DNA of 64,000 bases from an uncultured Clostridia bacterium (GCA_949283125.1 CASDRK010000011.1:23363-87362); one strand, 5' to 3'; counted from the first letter of the stretch, positions 9,659 through 17,435 are shown. Numbers and translations: made by a program. Notes: generated by a model not told the origin, from the sequence alone.

Positions 9659-9676
9659 TTGAAAGTACACTTTCAA
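9659..9676. repeat. 18-bp palindrome TTGAAAGTACACTTTCAA, copy 1 of 3
   Basis: Perfect 8+8 inverted repeat with a 2-nt centre. The same motif recurs at 12809-12826 and 14678-14695. Confidence 0.9.
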
Positions 9677-9686
9677 AAAACTACTA

Positions 9687-10784
9687 TTAAAGAGAAGCAA
9701 CGGCAGTTGCGAACATTTCCGCAGAAGTGCCGAAGCCGAATATTTCACGAGGGTAAGCATTTACCCACCGCGCGACTTCCTGCACGCGCTTTTCGCTTAC
9801 CTTTGAAAAGTCCGTGCCTTTCGGGAGCAACCGCCTAATATCGCGGTTGATACGCTCGTTAGAGCCACGCTCGCACGAAGTGTACGGGTGACAGTAATAA
9901 ACCGCCGTACGTCTGCCGCTGTAAACGGAGCGTTCCAGCCCTGCGAAGTCCGAGAACTCCGAGCCGTTATCAACGGTAATGCTTTTGAACAGCGTACGAA
10001 ACTTTTTACCGTAACGCCGTTCGAGTTTATCAAGGTACTGCACGACCGTTGCCGCCTTTCGGTTCGGCATTTTCATGATAATTTCGTAGCGCGTCGCCCG
10101 CTCGGTCAACACCAAAAGCACGTTGCGGGTGTACTGCCGCCCGACAACGCAGTCCATTTCCCAATGCCCGAAATTACGGCGCAGGAGAATGTCGGCGGGA
10201 CGGCGTTCAATACTCGTACCCTTCGGCGGGCGTTTCGCCTGCGTTTTCTTGTAATGCTTTTTACGCTGTCCCACGGGCAAATGCTCGGAGCGGATATTCA
10301 TAAACAGCCCCTGCGCAATATAGCGGTACATTGTCGTTTTACTCACAACCGTTTTGCAGAGATTATCGCGCTTGATTTCACCCGCGACAGCGGCAGGGGA
10401 AATTTTATCAACGCAGACCCGCTTTTCAACGTAGCGTATAAAATCGTAGTCGTTGCCAACCTTTAAGGGCGCACCGTGTGCCGTTTTATTCAGCTGATAC
10501 TTTTCTTCCGCAACGTTCGAGCTGTAACCTTTTACAAACTTGTAATGCCGTTCGCCCCAATAGTCGGTATAACTGTACCGCTTGTATGTATATTCGCCGC
10601 GCTTCAATTCGTTATACACGGTCGCAAGGCATATGCCAAGCTGTTTTGCTATCTGTCGTTTGCTCAACCCTGCATTGTACAAAGCTTCCAACTGCAAACG
10701 CATATTCCAATCCACATTCTTCGTACCTTTGTTTTTCATTTCCGTTTGTTCCGTCCTTTTTTCCGTAGTGTCCGTAGTTTCCAT
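9687..10784 (-). CDS. IS30-family DDE transposase
   Basis: 365 aa. N-terminal HTH (..GLSKRQIAKQLGICLATVYNELKRG..) and the DDE triad context HWEMDCV ... ITVDNGSEF ... ERGSNERINRDIRR typical of IS30 transposases. Confidence 0.9.
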   Translation of the reverse strand: METTDTTEKRTEQTEMKNKGTKNVDWNMRLQLEALYNAGLSKRQIAKQLGICLATVYNELKRGEYTYKRYSYTDYWGERHYKFVKGYSSNVAEEKYQLNKTAHGAPLKVGNDYDFIRYVEKRVCVDKISPAAVAGEIKRDNLCKTVVSKTTMYRYIAQGLFMNIRSEHLPVGQRKKHYKKTQAKRPPKGTSIERRPADILLRRNFGHWEMDCVVGRQYTRNVLLVLTERATRYEIIMKMPNRKAATVVQYLDKLERRYGKKFRTLFKSITVDNGSEFSDFAGLERSVYSGRRTAVYYCHPYTSCERGSNERINRDIRRLLPKGTDFSKVSEKRVQEVARWVNAYPREIFGFGTSAEMFATAVASL

Positions 10785-10847
10785 AGTGTCCGATATGATA
10801 TTATACGCCGAAAAACGCCGCTAAAAACGCTTAAAATCGGCGTAGAG

Positions 10848-10917
10848 AGCACAACGCGCCACCTTGTTATAGACGAGCGGCGGCTTGCGCCGCCGTAACA
10901 AGGTGGCGCGTTGTGCT
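10848..10917. repeat. Nested perfect hairpin: 22-bp stem enclosing a 7-bp GC stem
   Basis: AGCACAACGCGCCACCTTGTTA (10848-10869) is the exact reverse complement of 10896-10917. The loop contains CGGCGGC-ttgc-GCCGCCG. Confidence 0.9.
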
Positions 10918-11114
10918 TGACCTGTTTTACCTGCCGTACGGGGCGATTTTTCGTGCCAACGGGGGCGCGGACAGGTCTCGCGCCCCCGTTTTATCGTCTT
11001 GCAAATGAACATTGCCGCATAAATGCGGCAAAAAAACACCCTGCGGGACATGCCGAAAAGCGCCGTATGTCAAGCCACAGGCGCAATAAAATGAACGATT
11101 GAGTTTTTACGCAA

Positions 11115-12245
11115 TCACGCAACCGACAAGGGGTTGCAGAGTAAGTCGGTAATCGACATTTGCTTGCTAAATCGGTGTCGCAGAATATCCCGCTCCCAAT
11201 TCACAACGTCGTCAAAGACAACGTATTTAAGCACAAAGTCGTTTGTCATCTCGGTTATAATGTCGTTTGCCGACAACTTCATGCAAATTTCCGTGGGTAT
11301 GCCACGGCTATAAACTATTCGTTCATTTGTCTTGCCTATGTATTTCAATATATAGTCCACGCTGTCGCCCGCTTCAAGTTGCGACTGCGTTATCTCCTCA
11401 AAATCGTTGCGCCCGTACCATTGCGCAAAGAAACTGTTTTCGTTCCTCGTCTGCATTTGCCCCTGCGCCGTGCTGTAATCGGTCTTTTCTTCGCACCTGC
11501 CGAGCATTTCACCCGCAGGGACATATAACAGACCGTGGAAGTGCAAACGCCCTGTTTCGGGCGCACGCTCGAATACCCCCATATACCGCCAGCCACGGCG
11601 GGTGTGGAGGTTTGAAAGGCAACGGCGCAATTTGCGCCTAAATGTTTCCTCGTCGTGCTTTTTATCGTCGTATGTAAAGGTTACGAAAAAATTCCAACGA
11701 TTGAGGTATGCCTTGCGGCGGAAACGCTTTTTGCGGTGGTGCAGATTGTTCAGCTTGCGCTTTACGCGCTCCGCAATATCCACCTTTGCGATCTCCTCTT
11801 CGGTAAACAGAGTGCGCAAGCCGTCATGGATATAGTCCGACATGGGCTTTTCCTTTTTCCTGTCGCGCAAGCCCTTATTATAGCCCTGCGTGAACAAATC
11901 GTCAAAGAGAATGTCAAAGACGGAGCGAGTGCCGCCAAAACCTTTATTCGACGATATATCAATGCGCATAGCGGCGGTGCGCTTGCCGCGCTCGTAGTCC
12001 CTGCGCTTATCGCGCATAAAGCGGTCATAAACGATTTCCTTTTGTTCGTCCGTAAGCTGTTTAGGACGTCTGCGGCGGTTAGATTTGCGGGCAGGCTTTA
12101 CCGCAGGGGCTTGCGCATGGCGGCAGGGCGTGGCTATCAGATGACGACCGTCATTATAGATTTTATAGGTTTTCGGCGTGTCGTCGAAAAAGGGAAATGG
12201 ACAACCCTGTAAGTCGTCCGATTGAATAAGATTTGCAACACCCAT
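11115..12245 (-). CDS. HUH-superfamily rolling-circle replication initiator (Rep)
   Basis: 376 aa. The three RCR motifs appear in order: FFVTFTYD (motif 1), RLHFHGLLYV (HUH, motif 2) and VDYILKYIGK (catalytic Tyr, motif 3). SD GAGGTGG upstream. Confidence 0.75.
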   Translation of the reverse strand: MGVANLIQSDDLQGCPFPFFDDTPKTYKIYNDGRHLIATPCRHAQAPAVKPARKSNRRRRPKQLTDEQKEIVYDRFMRDKRRDYERGKRTAAMRIDISSNKGFGGTRSVFDILFDDLFTQGYNKGLRDRKKEKPMSDYIHDGLRTLFTEEEIAKVDIAERVKRKLNNLHHRKKRFRRKAYLNRWNFFVTFTYDDKKHDEETFRRKLRRCLSNLHTRRGWRYMGVFERAPETGRLHFHGLLYVPAGEMLGRCEEKTDYSTAQGQMQTRNENSFFAQWYGRNDFEEITQSQLEAGDSVDYILKYIGKTNERIVYSRGIPTEICMKLSANDIITEMTNDFVLKYVVFDDVVNWERDILRHRFSKQMSITDLLCNPLSVA

Positions 12246-12327
12246 TTTACCACCTCAAAAATCAAATTTAATAAACACCGCCATGTGGAATAGCACCCCT
12301 GCGGGGAAATGTTATTAAGAAAAATAA

Positions 12328-12594
12328 TTATTTGCCTTGCCGCGCCCTACGTTCTGCCGCACAATCGCGCATAGCGCACATAAAGCCCTTTGCATATTGC
12401 ACACTGTTGCGCGCAGATTTACCCGACTGCGCAAGTCGCTTATTGTCGTCTATATCGCTCATCATCTCACGCTTACGCTTTTTGCTTGCCTTCGGGTACT
12501 CGCGGTACGCCTTAACACCGAAGCGGTAGCCATATGCAAATGGCGTTTTCTGTTCGCTGTTATATTTCAGTTTTTCATCTACCGAACGCTTCAT
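12328..12594 (-). CDS. Small basic hypothetical protein (88 aa)
   Basis: ORF translationally coupled (ATGA) to the upstream ORF. Lys/Arg-rich, with an N-terminal Y-x-S-E-Q-K..F-A-Y-G motif shared with two other element proteins. Confidence 0.5.
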   Translation of the reverse strand: MKRSVDEKLKYNSEQKTPFAYGYRFGVKAYREYPKASKKRKREMMSDIDDNKRLAQSGKSARNSVQYAKGFMCAMRDCAAERRARQGK

Positions 12595-12794
12595 ACCGCC
12601 ATAATCTCCCGTGCAACTTCTACGACCTCATCACCGCGAAGAGTAACACGGTAACGGTAGCCGCGAACCTTTACGCTGTGCGCCGTGTTGCCGTTATCAA
12701 GCGGAACGGAGCGCACAAGTTCTATATAGCGCCGCTGTGTCTGCACAGCACGCGCAAGCGTGCTTAAAAGGTGAAGGTATTGATATTGTGTCAT
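12591..12794 (-). CDS. Small hypothetical protein (67 aa from the internal ATG with SD AAAGGGGG)
   Basis: The ORF track gives 12591..12845. I prefer the ATG at 12794 because the 18-bp palindrome and the SD lie immediately upstream of it. Confidence 0.45.
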   Translation of the reverse strand: MTQYQYLHLLSTLARAVQTQRRYIELVRSVPLDNGNTAHSVKVRGYRYRVTLRGDEVVEVAREIMAV

Positions 12795-12808
12795 ATGTAA
12801 CCCCCTTT

Positions 12809-12826
12809 TTGAAAGTGTACTTTCAA
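12809..12826. repeat. 18-bp palindrome TTGAAAGTGTACTTTCAA, copy 2 of 3
   Basis: On the minus strand it is directly followed by AAAAGGGGGTTACATATG, the SD and start of the 67-aa ORF. Confidence 0.9.
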
Positions 12827-12833
12827 TTTTGAA

Positions 12834-12853
12834 TTGCAAAATCAATTTTGCAA
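12834..12853. promoter_or_regulatory. Second operator-like palindrome TTGCAAAAT-ca-ATTTTGCAA
   Basis: Perfect 9-bp arms. It lies between the 18-bp palindrome and a plus-strand consensus promoter. Confidence 0.6.
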
Positions 12854-12868
12854 ATAACCGAAAAATTG

Positions 12869-12897
12869 TTGACTTTATAGCCGCAAATACATATAAT
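12869..12897 (+). promoter_or_regulatory. Near-consensus sigma-A promoter TTGACT - 17 nt - TATAAT
   Basis: -35 at 12869-12874 and -10 at 12892-12897. It points away from all element ORFs, towards a terminator about 105 nt downstream. Confidence 0.55.
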
Positions 12898-12903
12898 ATC
12901 TAA

Positions 12904-13027
12904 CAGTGGTGAACGCTTCAAAGAACATTGAGGTACACCAAAGCACTGTATAATAAGTGATAGTAACTGCAAAACGGTCTATATGAAAAACAGTGGACAC
13001 AGCGGCAAAAGCCGCTGTTATTTTTTT
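12904..13027 (+). ncRNA. Candidate ~120-nt small RNA (promoter-to-terminator unit, no convincing ORF)
   Basis: Bounded by the consensus promoter and an intrinsic terminator. AACAGTGG occurs at both 12902-12909 and 12989-12996. The 3' end overlaps the stop region of the convergent 156-aa gene. Confidence 0.4.
12999..13027 (+). terminator. Rho-independent terminator ACAGCGGC-aaaa-GCCGCTGT plus TATTTTTTT
   Basis: 8-bp GC-rich stem followed by a T-run on the plus strand. Confidence 0.7.
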
Positions 13028-13488
13028 CTTAAAATATATTTAATTTTTGCCATATCATTATTAGACAAATGGGCAACATTAGTAATATATCTATCTACTT
13101 CATAAATTTCGGAACGGTCAATCCACGTACGCTTATTACTGATTTGCCGTTCATAATCATTATCAAGAATAATAGTCTTTGTAGTCCGCTTTTCAACGGG
13201 TGCAACAAGCACACGACCCTTTTTATCGGTATCAATAACGGCACAAACGCGAGGTTTAGAAATAGCGTTACCAAAATGATTATCATTTGTCATAATTAAA
13301 TCAGGGTCGTTAAATGAACGATTTTTAAGGCTATTTAAATATTCCAACCTACTTTCGGCATACTCTCTTCTACTTGCCGTCAAAACTTTACCGTCAGAAG
13401 TTTTACCCGTTTTAAGTATATTATTATAATGCTTAATCTTTTCATTAACTGAATAATAAACATAATTGGTCTTACCGTGTTTAAACAT
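13018..13488 (-). CDS. AT-rich cargo protein (156 aa); C-terminal ~95 aa resemble the MazF/PemK toxin fold by eye
   Basis: SD TGAGGTGG. ..DLIMTNDNHFGNAISKPRVCAVIDTDKKGRVLVAPV...WIDRSEIYEVDRYITNVAHLSNNDMAKIKYIL parallels EndoA/MazF ..GDVYFADL..GVRPVLVIQND...IVAAIT...ILLEQIRTIDKQRL.DKIGHLDDEMMDKVDEAL (from memory). It has the lowest GC in the element. Confidence 0.55.
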   Translation of the reverse strand: MFKHGKTNYVYYSVNEKIKHYNNILKTGKTSDGKVLTASRREYAESRLEYLNSLKNRSFNDPDLIMTNDNHFGNAISKPRVCAVIDTDKKGRVLVAPVEKRTTKTIILDNDYERQISNKRTWIDRSEIYEVDRYITNVAHLSNNDMAKIKYILRKK

Positions 13489-13605
13489 ATAACCACCTCA
13501 TTATTCTAATTTTAATGCCTGTCGGAGCTTTACCGCCCCGACAGGCTTTTATATATCACCCCTGCGGGGAGTAATACCCGTTCGGGAATGACCGTTAAAG
13601 AAAGA

Positions 13606-13851
13606 CTACTGCCCGTCTTTGGCGTTTTGTTTTGCCTTTAATTTTTCCCTTTTGCGCACCGCCCGTTGATACCGCTTGTCCTCGCGGTCAAGCCTGCGGA
13701 ACTGCCGTTTCATATTCTTGAATATGTACGCCAAAATCTTTTTGTTGTACTTTTCAGGCACAAAATCGGCGGTGTCGAGCGTTTGCGCAAAAGTGGCATA
13801 ATACGTTTCAAGGCAGGTGTTAATCAGCTTGTTTTTGTTGTAATTTATCAT
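13606..13851 (-). CDS. Small hypothetical protein (81 aa) with a basic C-terminus
   Basis: ORF start overlaps the stop of the Zot-like gene (ATGA coupling). Confidence 0.5.
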   Translation of the reverse strand: MINYNKNKLINTCLETYYATFAQTLDTADFVPEKYNKKILAYIFKNMKRQFRRLDREDKRYQRAVRKREKLKAKQNAKDGQ

Positions 13852-14666
13852 GCCGCTTTACCTCGCGTATAAAAGCCGTCGGGTAGTTCGTCGTCCATAG
13901 TCTGCAAATACCTTACATAGCCGTCTATCGTGCAGTCGTTCGGTTCGGCTTGCATATAATCGTAATCGCTGTGCAGATGACCGTCGTAAAACTTCGGCTT
14001 GCAATTTTGGCTGTCGTAACAGGCAAACACGTTGTAATCGGCTTTGACGACCTCTTCCGTGTAGCATTCCTTGTCCTTTTTGCCGCTCTGCATATAGCGG
14101 TCAAAAAGACTACTGTTATCTATGCGGCGTATCAGCCATTTAAGAGCTTTAACGCGCCCGTAGCCGTCGTATTTGAATTGCAGGTTTACAATCTCAATGA
14201 ACTGCGCAAGCTCGCGCACGTTCACGTCTATGAGCATAGGACGTTGAGTATCGAGAAACACGTCTAAATCTAAATGCCCGTGTTGCTCGTACCAACGCGA
14301 TTGCCAATCGGGAAAATAGCGCGACATACGGCTGTTAAGATATTTTTGCGCTTCGGTTATACAGATACACTCGTGCGGCAAATTGAAATGCGTTTTTACA
14401 AAATCGTTTGCATAACCTAAACGGTAGGGATTTATGCGGCGGGAAAGTCGAGGACTATACCCGAATTTGTGCATTACAATATCGTAATTTGCCGATACGC
14501 AATGCATGGGCACGGTCTGTATGCCGTCAAAGCCCTGTTGCATTTTCGCCAATATTTCCCGCCGCATAGCGGTATTCCGTTGTTTGTCAAACGCCGCCAT
14601 GCTTGCTATATGCGTTAAAAAACAGGTCTTGCCCGTTCGCGGCGGGGCAAATATTATCGTTATCAT
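13848..14666 (-). CDS. Zot-like (inovirus pI-type) P-loop NTPase without a transmembrane segment
   Basis: 272 aa. Walker A FAPPRTGKT and Walker B-like ICITEAQKY, then ..EQHGHLDLDVFLDTQRPMLIDVNVRELAQ.., which mirrors the Zot-family HRH.G.D(I/V)..(I/L)TQ...(I/L)D core. Confidence 0.7.
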   Translation of the reverse strand: MITIIFAPPRTGKTCFLTHIASMAAFDKQRNTAMRREILAKMQQGFDGIQTVPMHCVSANYDIVMHKFGYSPRLSRRINPYRLGYANDFVKTHFNLPHECICITEAQKYLNSRMSRYFPDWQSRWYEQHGHLDLDVFLDTQRPMLIDVNVRELAQFIEIVNLQFKYDGYGRVKALKWLIRRIDNSSLFDRYMQSGKKDKECYTEEVVKADYNVFACYDSQNCKPKFYDGHLHSDYDYMQAEPNDCTIDGYVRYLQTMDDELPDGFYTRGKAA

Positions 14667-14677
14667 AAACCGCCTTT

Positions 14678-14695
14678 TTGAAAGTGCACTTTCAA
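14678..14695. repeat. 18-bp palindrome TTGAAAGTGCACTTTCAA, copy 3 of 3
   Basis: On the minus strand it is directly followed by AAAAGGCGGTTTATG, the SD and start of the Zot-like gene. It abuts the stop of the 707-aa gene. Confidence 0.9.
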
Positions 14696-14696
14696 T

Positions 14697-16820
14697 TTAT
14701 CCGCCCGCAATGAGCGAATAGCACCAGCCCGCAAACGTGTTTATAAAGAACACGTCAAGGACTATCGTCAAGGCGAGGAACAAAAGCATTATCCACCAAG
14801 GCAGACCGCAAGCGGTACACAGCACAAGGCGAAGGAGCAACAGCACAACTATTTCCGCAAGCACAACAATCACATACGCCCACCAAGGAATATCGCTATC
14901 AATATCGACGGACGGGGTGATTGCATTGACAATGTCAATGGGCGAAGATACGGCGGGGATAACGTAATATTTGCCGTCGTCATTAAATGTCAGCTGTATC
15001 ACGTCAAAGTCCAAAAATACGCTCTCCCAAGCGCGGTAGGCTTGCCCGCTTATTTTGGTATCTCCGCCTAAAAAGCCTGTGCCAAGTTCCCAAATCTCAA
15101 CGGGAGCAGAATAGTAGTCAGTTGTTGCGAAGTGGAACAGCACGACAACTTTTTCTTCGTCGTCGGGTATGGACGTATCAACGGTAATTGCTTCGTCGTA
15201 ATAATCGCGCAGAGCCTGTACATCACCCGAATTTATCAAGAGCCGTTCGCTCACCTCTGCCGAAGTGCCTTTCAAATCGTCCTCTTCAATTATCTCAATG
15301 GGCGCGACCGTGCGGCTCTCTTCTTCGGGAATATCGCCAAAAATAGTGTCCCAAAGTCCCCAATTCCGCAAATTGTCCCAAAAGTCGGGGGCAGTTTCCT
15401 GCCAGCTCGAAAGGTGTTGCAAGTCTAAATCTGCGTCGAAATCGTAATAGCTGTAACCTTGCTGTATCTTGCCGTATTTGCTGTCAACCTTGCGGTAATC
15501 GTCTATGTCGGCGGCGAACAAATCAGCGCTGATAGTGCCGTCTTTAATAGGGAGCGCACCGCCGTCATAACTTTTATCATAGTTTTTTATGTACTCGTAC
15601 AGTTGATTGCTCTCAACACCGCCAATGCTGACGATATCGGCGTATGGATCGTATTCCGCGATATTATCTACCTGAAAAAGATAATATAAAGCATTTGCGC
15701 GAGGGGAAAGATAAGTATGATAAATATTCCACCCCCATGTTGCACCTTGAATACCAACACCCATACCGCTTGAATAAAAATCTTGAATAAGAGAATATCC
15801 AATATCTTTATTAATTTCAGGAACGCCCAAAGAACTTAATTGAGTATTAGTCTGTTCACCAAGCCAAGACTTTGCCGCAGAAAAAAACTTATCGTTGCTC
15901 GTTACGATTATATCTTTGGTCTTGTATTCGTACCATTCGGCTTTAATGCGTTGCAGTTCGCCGTAGGTATCGAACAGGCGTTTCGGCACAGCAAAATACA
16001 CACTATCAAGCTGATTTTGATAACCTGCGCCCTTGCTCGAAGTTTCGGAGCGGTAAAAGGTATGTCTTACGTCAAGTTCCACGGCTTCGGCTTGTCCCGT
16101 GCTCAAACAGGTAAACGGAAATTTTTCACTGTCGCCGTAGCCCTCGGCATAGCCGCTGAACTGATAATACTTGTTCACAAGGTATTCATGCGCGTTTGTC
16201 GCACTTCCACCTATCTCGAACAACTCAATGCCCGATATGTGGTAATATCTGTTGCCCGTCTTTTGCTCGTGCTCGCGCTCGGCATTGAGTATGATATTTT
16301 CTTCGTCCACAATGCGGAATTTCAAGAAGAGATTTGCATACTCGCCGCCGCTTGAATTGCAAAATTTAAGACTGAATTTTTGGTAGTCCTTGACGTCACC
16401 CACATTGCCTTGTTCGTTATCGTAATAAAAATCAGTGGAAATCTGAATTTTATTTTGTTTCAAAAATACGGCATAATCCAAAAGAGCAGGATTATACACA
16501 TAAACGTACAGCGCATAATTGCCGAAGCCGTTTTCATACTGCGAATAACAATACTCAACAAAAGTTATCATTCGTGTAGTTCCGTGCGCGTTCTTTGGAT
16601 AATCAGCTATATCAAACGGCTCGCCGTCTATGGTGGAGCTTTGCAAATCGTCAAGGGCGTTGGTGTCGTCATACTTCAATTCTTTGCCAGTGTCGGCATA
16701 AACATAGGGGTCGGAAACTTGTCCGCAAATTATACTCGACAATAAACATAAGATGACAATTATATACGGCAAGAACGTTCGCATTTTTGCTTTAAACTTT
16801 TTCATTAAAATTGCACGCAT
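14697..16820 (-). CDS. Large secreted protein with C-terminal multi-helix membrane anchor (candidate adsorption/minor virion protein)
   Basis: 707 aa. N-terminal signal-like segment (..FLPYIIVILCLLSSIICGQ..) and a C-terminal ~65 aa hydrophobic region (..WWAYVIVVLAEIVVLLLL...WWIMLLFLALTIVLDVFFI..). SD AAGGTGAGG. It sits just upstream of the Zot-like gene, as gIII/gVI do in inoviruses. Confidence 0.6.
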   Translation of the reverse strand: MRAILMKKFKAKMRTFLPYIIVILCLLSSIICGQVSDPYVYADTGKELKYDDTNALDDLQSSTIDGEPFDIADYPKNAHGTTRMITFVEYCYSQYENGFGNYALYVYVYNPALLDYAVFLKQNKIQISTDFYYDNEQGNVGDVKDYQKFSLKFCNSSGGEYANLFLKFRIVDEENIILNAEREHEQKTGNRYYHISGIELFEIGGSATNAHEYLVNKYYQFSGYAEGYGDSEKFPFTCLSTGQAEAVELDVRHTFYRSETSSKGAGYQNQLDSVYFAVPKRLFDTYGELQRIKAEWYEYKTKDIIVTSNDKFFSAAKSWLGEQTNTQLSSLGVPEINKDIGYSLIQDFYSSGMGVGIQGATWGWNIYHTYLSPRANALYYLFQVDNIAEYDPYADIVSIGGVESNQLYEYIKNYDKSYDGGALPIKDGTISADLFAADIDDYRKVDSKYGKIQQGYSYYDFDADLDLQHLSSWQETAPDFWDNLRNWGLWDTIFGDIPEEESRTVAPIEIIEEDDLKGTSAEVSERLLINSGDVQALRDYYDEAITVDTSIPDDEEKVVVLFHFATTDYYSAPVEIWELGTGFLGGDTKISGQAYRAWESVFLDFDVIQLTFNDDGKYYVIPAVSSPIDIVNAITPSVDIDSDIPWWAYVIVVLAEIVVLLLLRLVLCTACGLPWWIMLLFLALTIVLDVFFINTFAGWCYSLIAGG

Positions 16821-16839
16821 AACCTCACCTTAATACTAC

Positions 16840-17421
16840 TCAAAAGAAAAGGTTAGAAGGTGTTACTGAAAAATCATAAACCATAAACCAAAGATTTACC
16901 GAGCTCTTATCAGATGTTATGGATATTCCAAAATAGCGATAACTGTCGTTTGAATTATCTACAATCTCAATATCACCGCCATATTTTTGCTCGACGAGAG
17001 TTTCAACCGAAAAATCAAACGGTATATAAAGTTCAAACCCGTCAGCATTACGCTTAATATCAAAATATTGAGTGTAATCATTCAAACTATCAACGTCACC
17101 ATAAAACCAATAAAGTTCGTCATTATATTTAAACGTAAAATCATTGGCGGGATTGGATGTGATGGTAACAGAATAATTTACATCATTCCCGATAAGCGAT
17201 TTAACAGAAAAATTACCTTTCTTACCTCTAACTAATTGAATATTGCCGTCTTCGGTATTCGAATAATAACGCTCTCCGTTATACTCAACATAAAACGTTA
17301 CACCGCTTTCGCGCAGAGCGAAATATGCTATGCCAACGGCAATACCCAAAATAACAAGCGCCACAACCAAATACAACAATATCTTTCCAAAAACACTGGC
17401 TACACCGCTACGATCGCCCAT
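16840..17421 (-). CDS. Membrane-anchored protein (193 aa), beta-rich ectodomain
   Basis: N-terminal TM ..ILLYLVVALVILGIAVGIAYFAL.. and SD GAGGTG. Confidence 0.55.
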   Translation of the reverse strand: MGDRSGVASVFGKILLYLVVALVILGIAVGIAYFALRESGVTFYVEYNGERYYSNTEDGNIQLVRGKKGNFSVKSLIGNDVNYSVTITSNPANDFTFKYNDELYWFYGDVDSLNDYTQYFDIKRNADGFELYIPFDFSVETLVEQKYGGDIEIVDNSNDSYRYFGISITSDKSSVNLWFMVYDFSVTPSNLFF

Positions 17422-17435
17422 AAATTCACCTCAAA

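Noticed and set aside
9500-10870. Terminal inverted repeats of a discrete IS30-type insertion sequence around the transposase gene
   Set aside because: By eye there is no matching inverted sequence between the 9560-9686 and 10785-10870 regions. I therefore did not annotate a separate IS, though a short or degenerate IR could have escaped visual inspection.
10476-11102. ORFs 10476-10898 (+), 10821-11051 (-) and 10911-11102 (+) in the Rep-transposase spacer
   Set aside because: They run through the perfect hairpins or antisense to the transposase gene, lack ribosome-binding sites and have implausible composition. The region is better explained as structured non-coding DNA.
12983-13108. 41-codon plus-strand ORF (MKNSGHSGKSRCYFFLKIYLIFAISLLDKWATLVIYLSTS) within the candidate sRNA region; considered as a type I toxin
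   Set aside because: There is no Shine-Dalgarno upstream of the ATG. The intrinsic terminator (12999-13027) lies inside the ORF, so a transcript from the mapped promoter would end before the stop codon.
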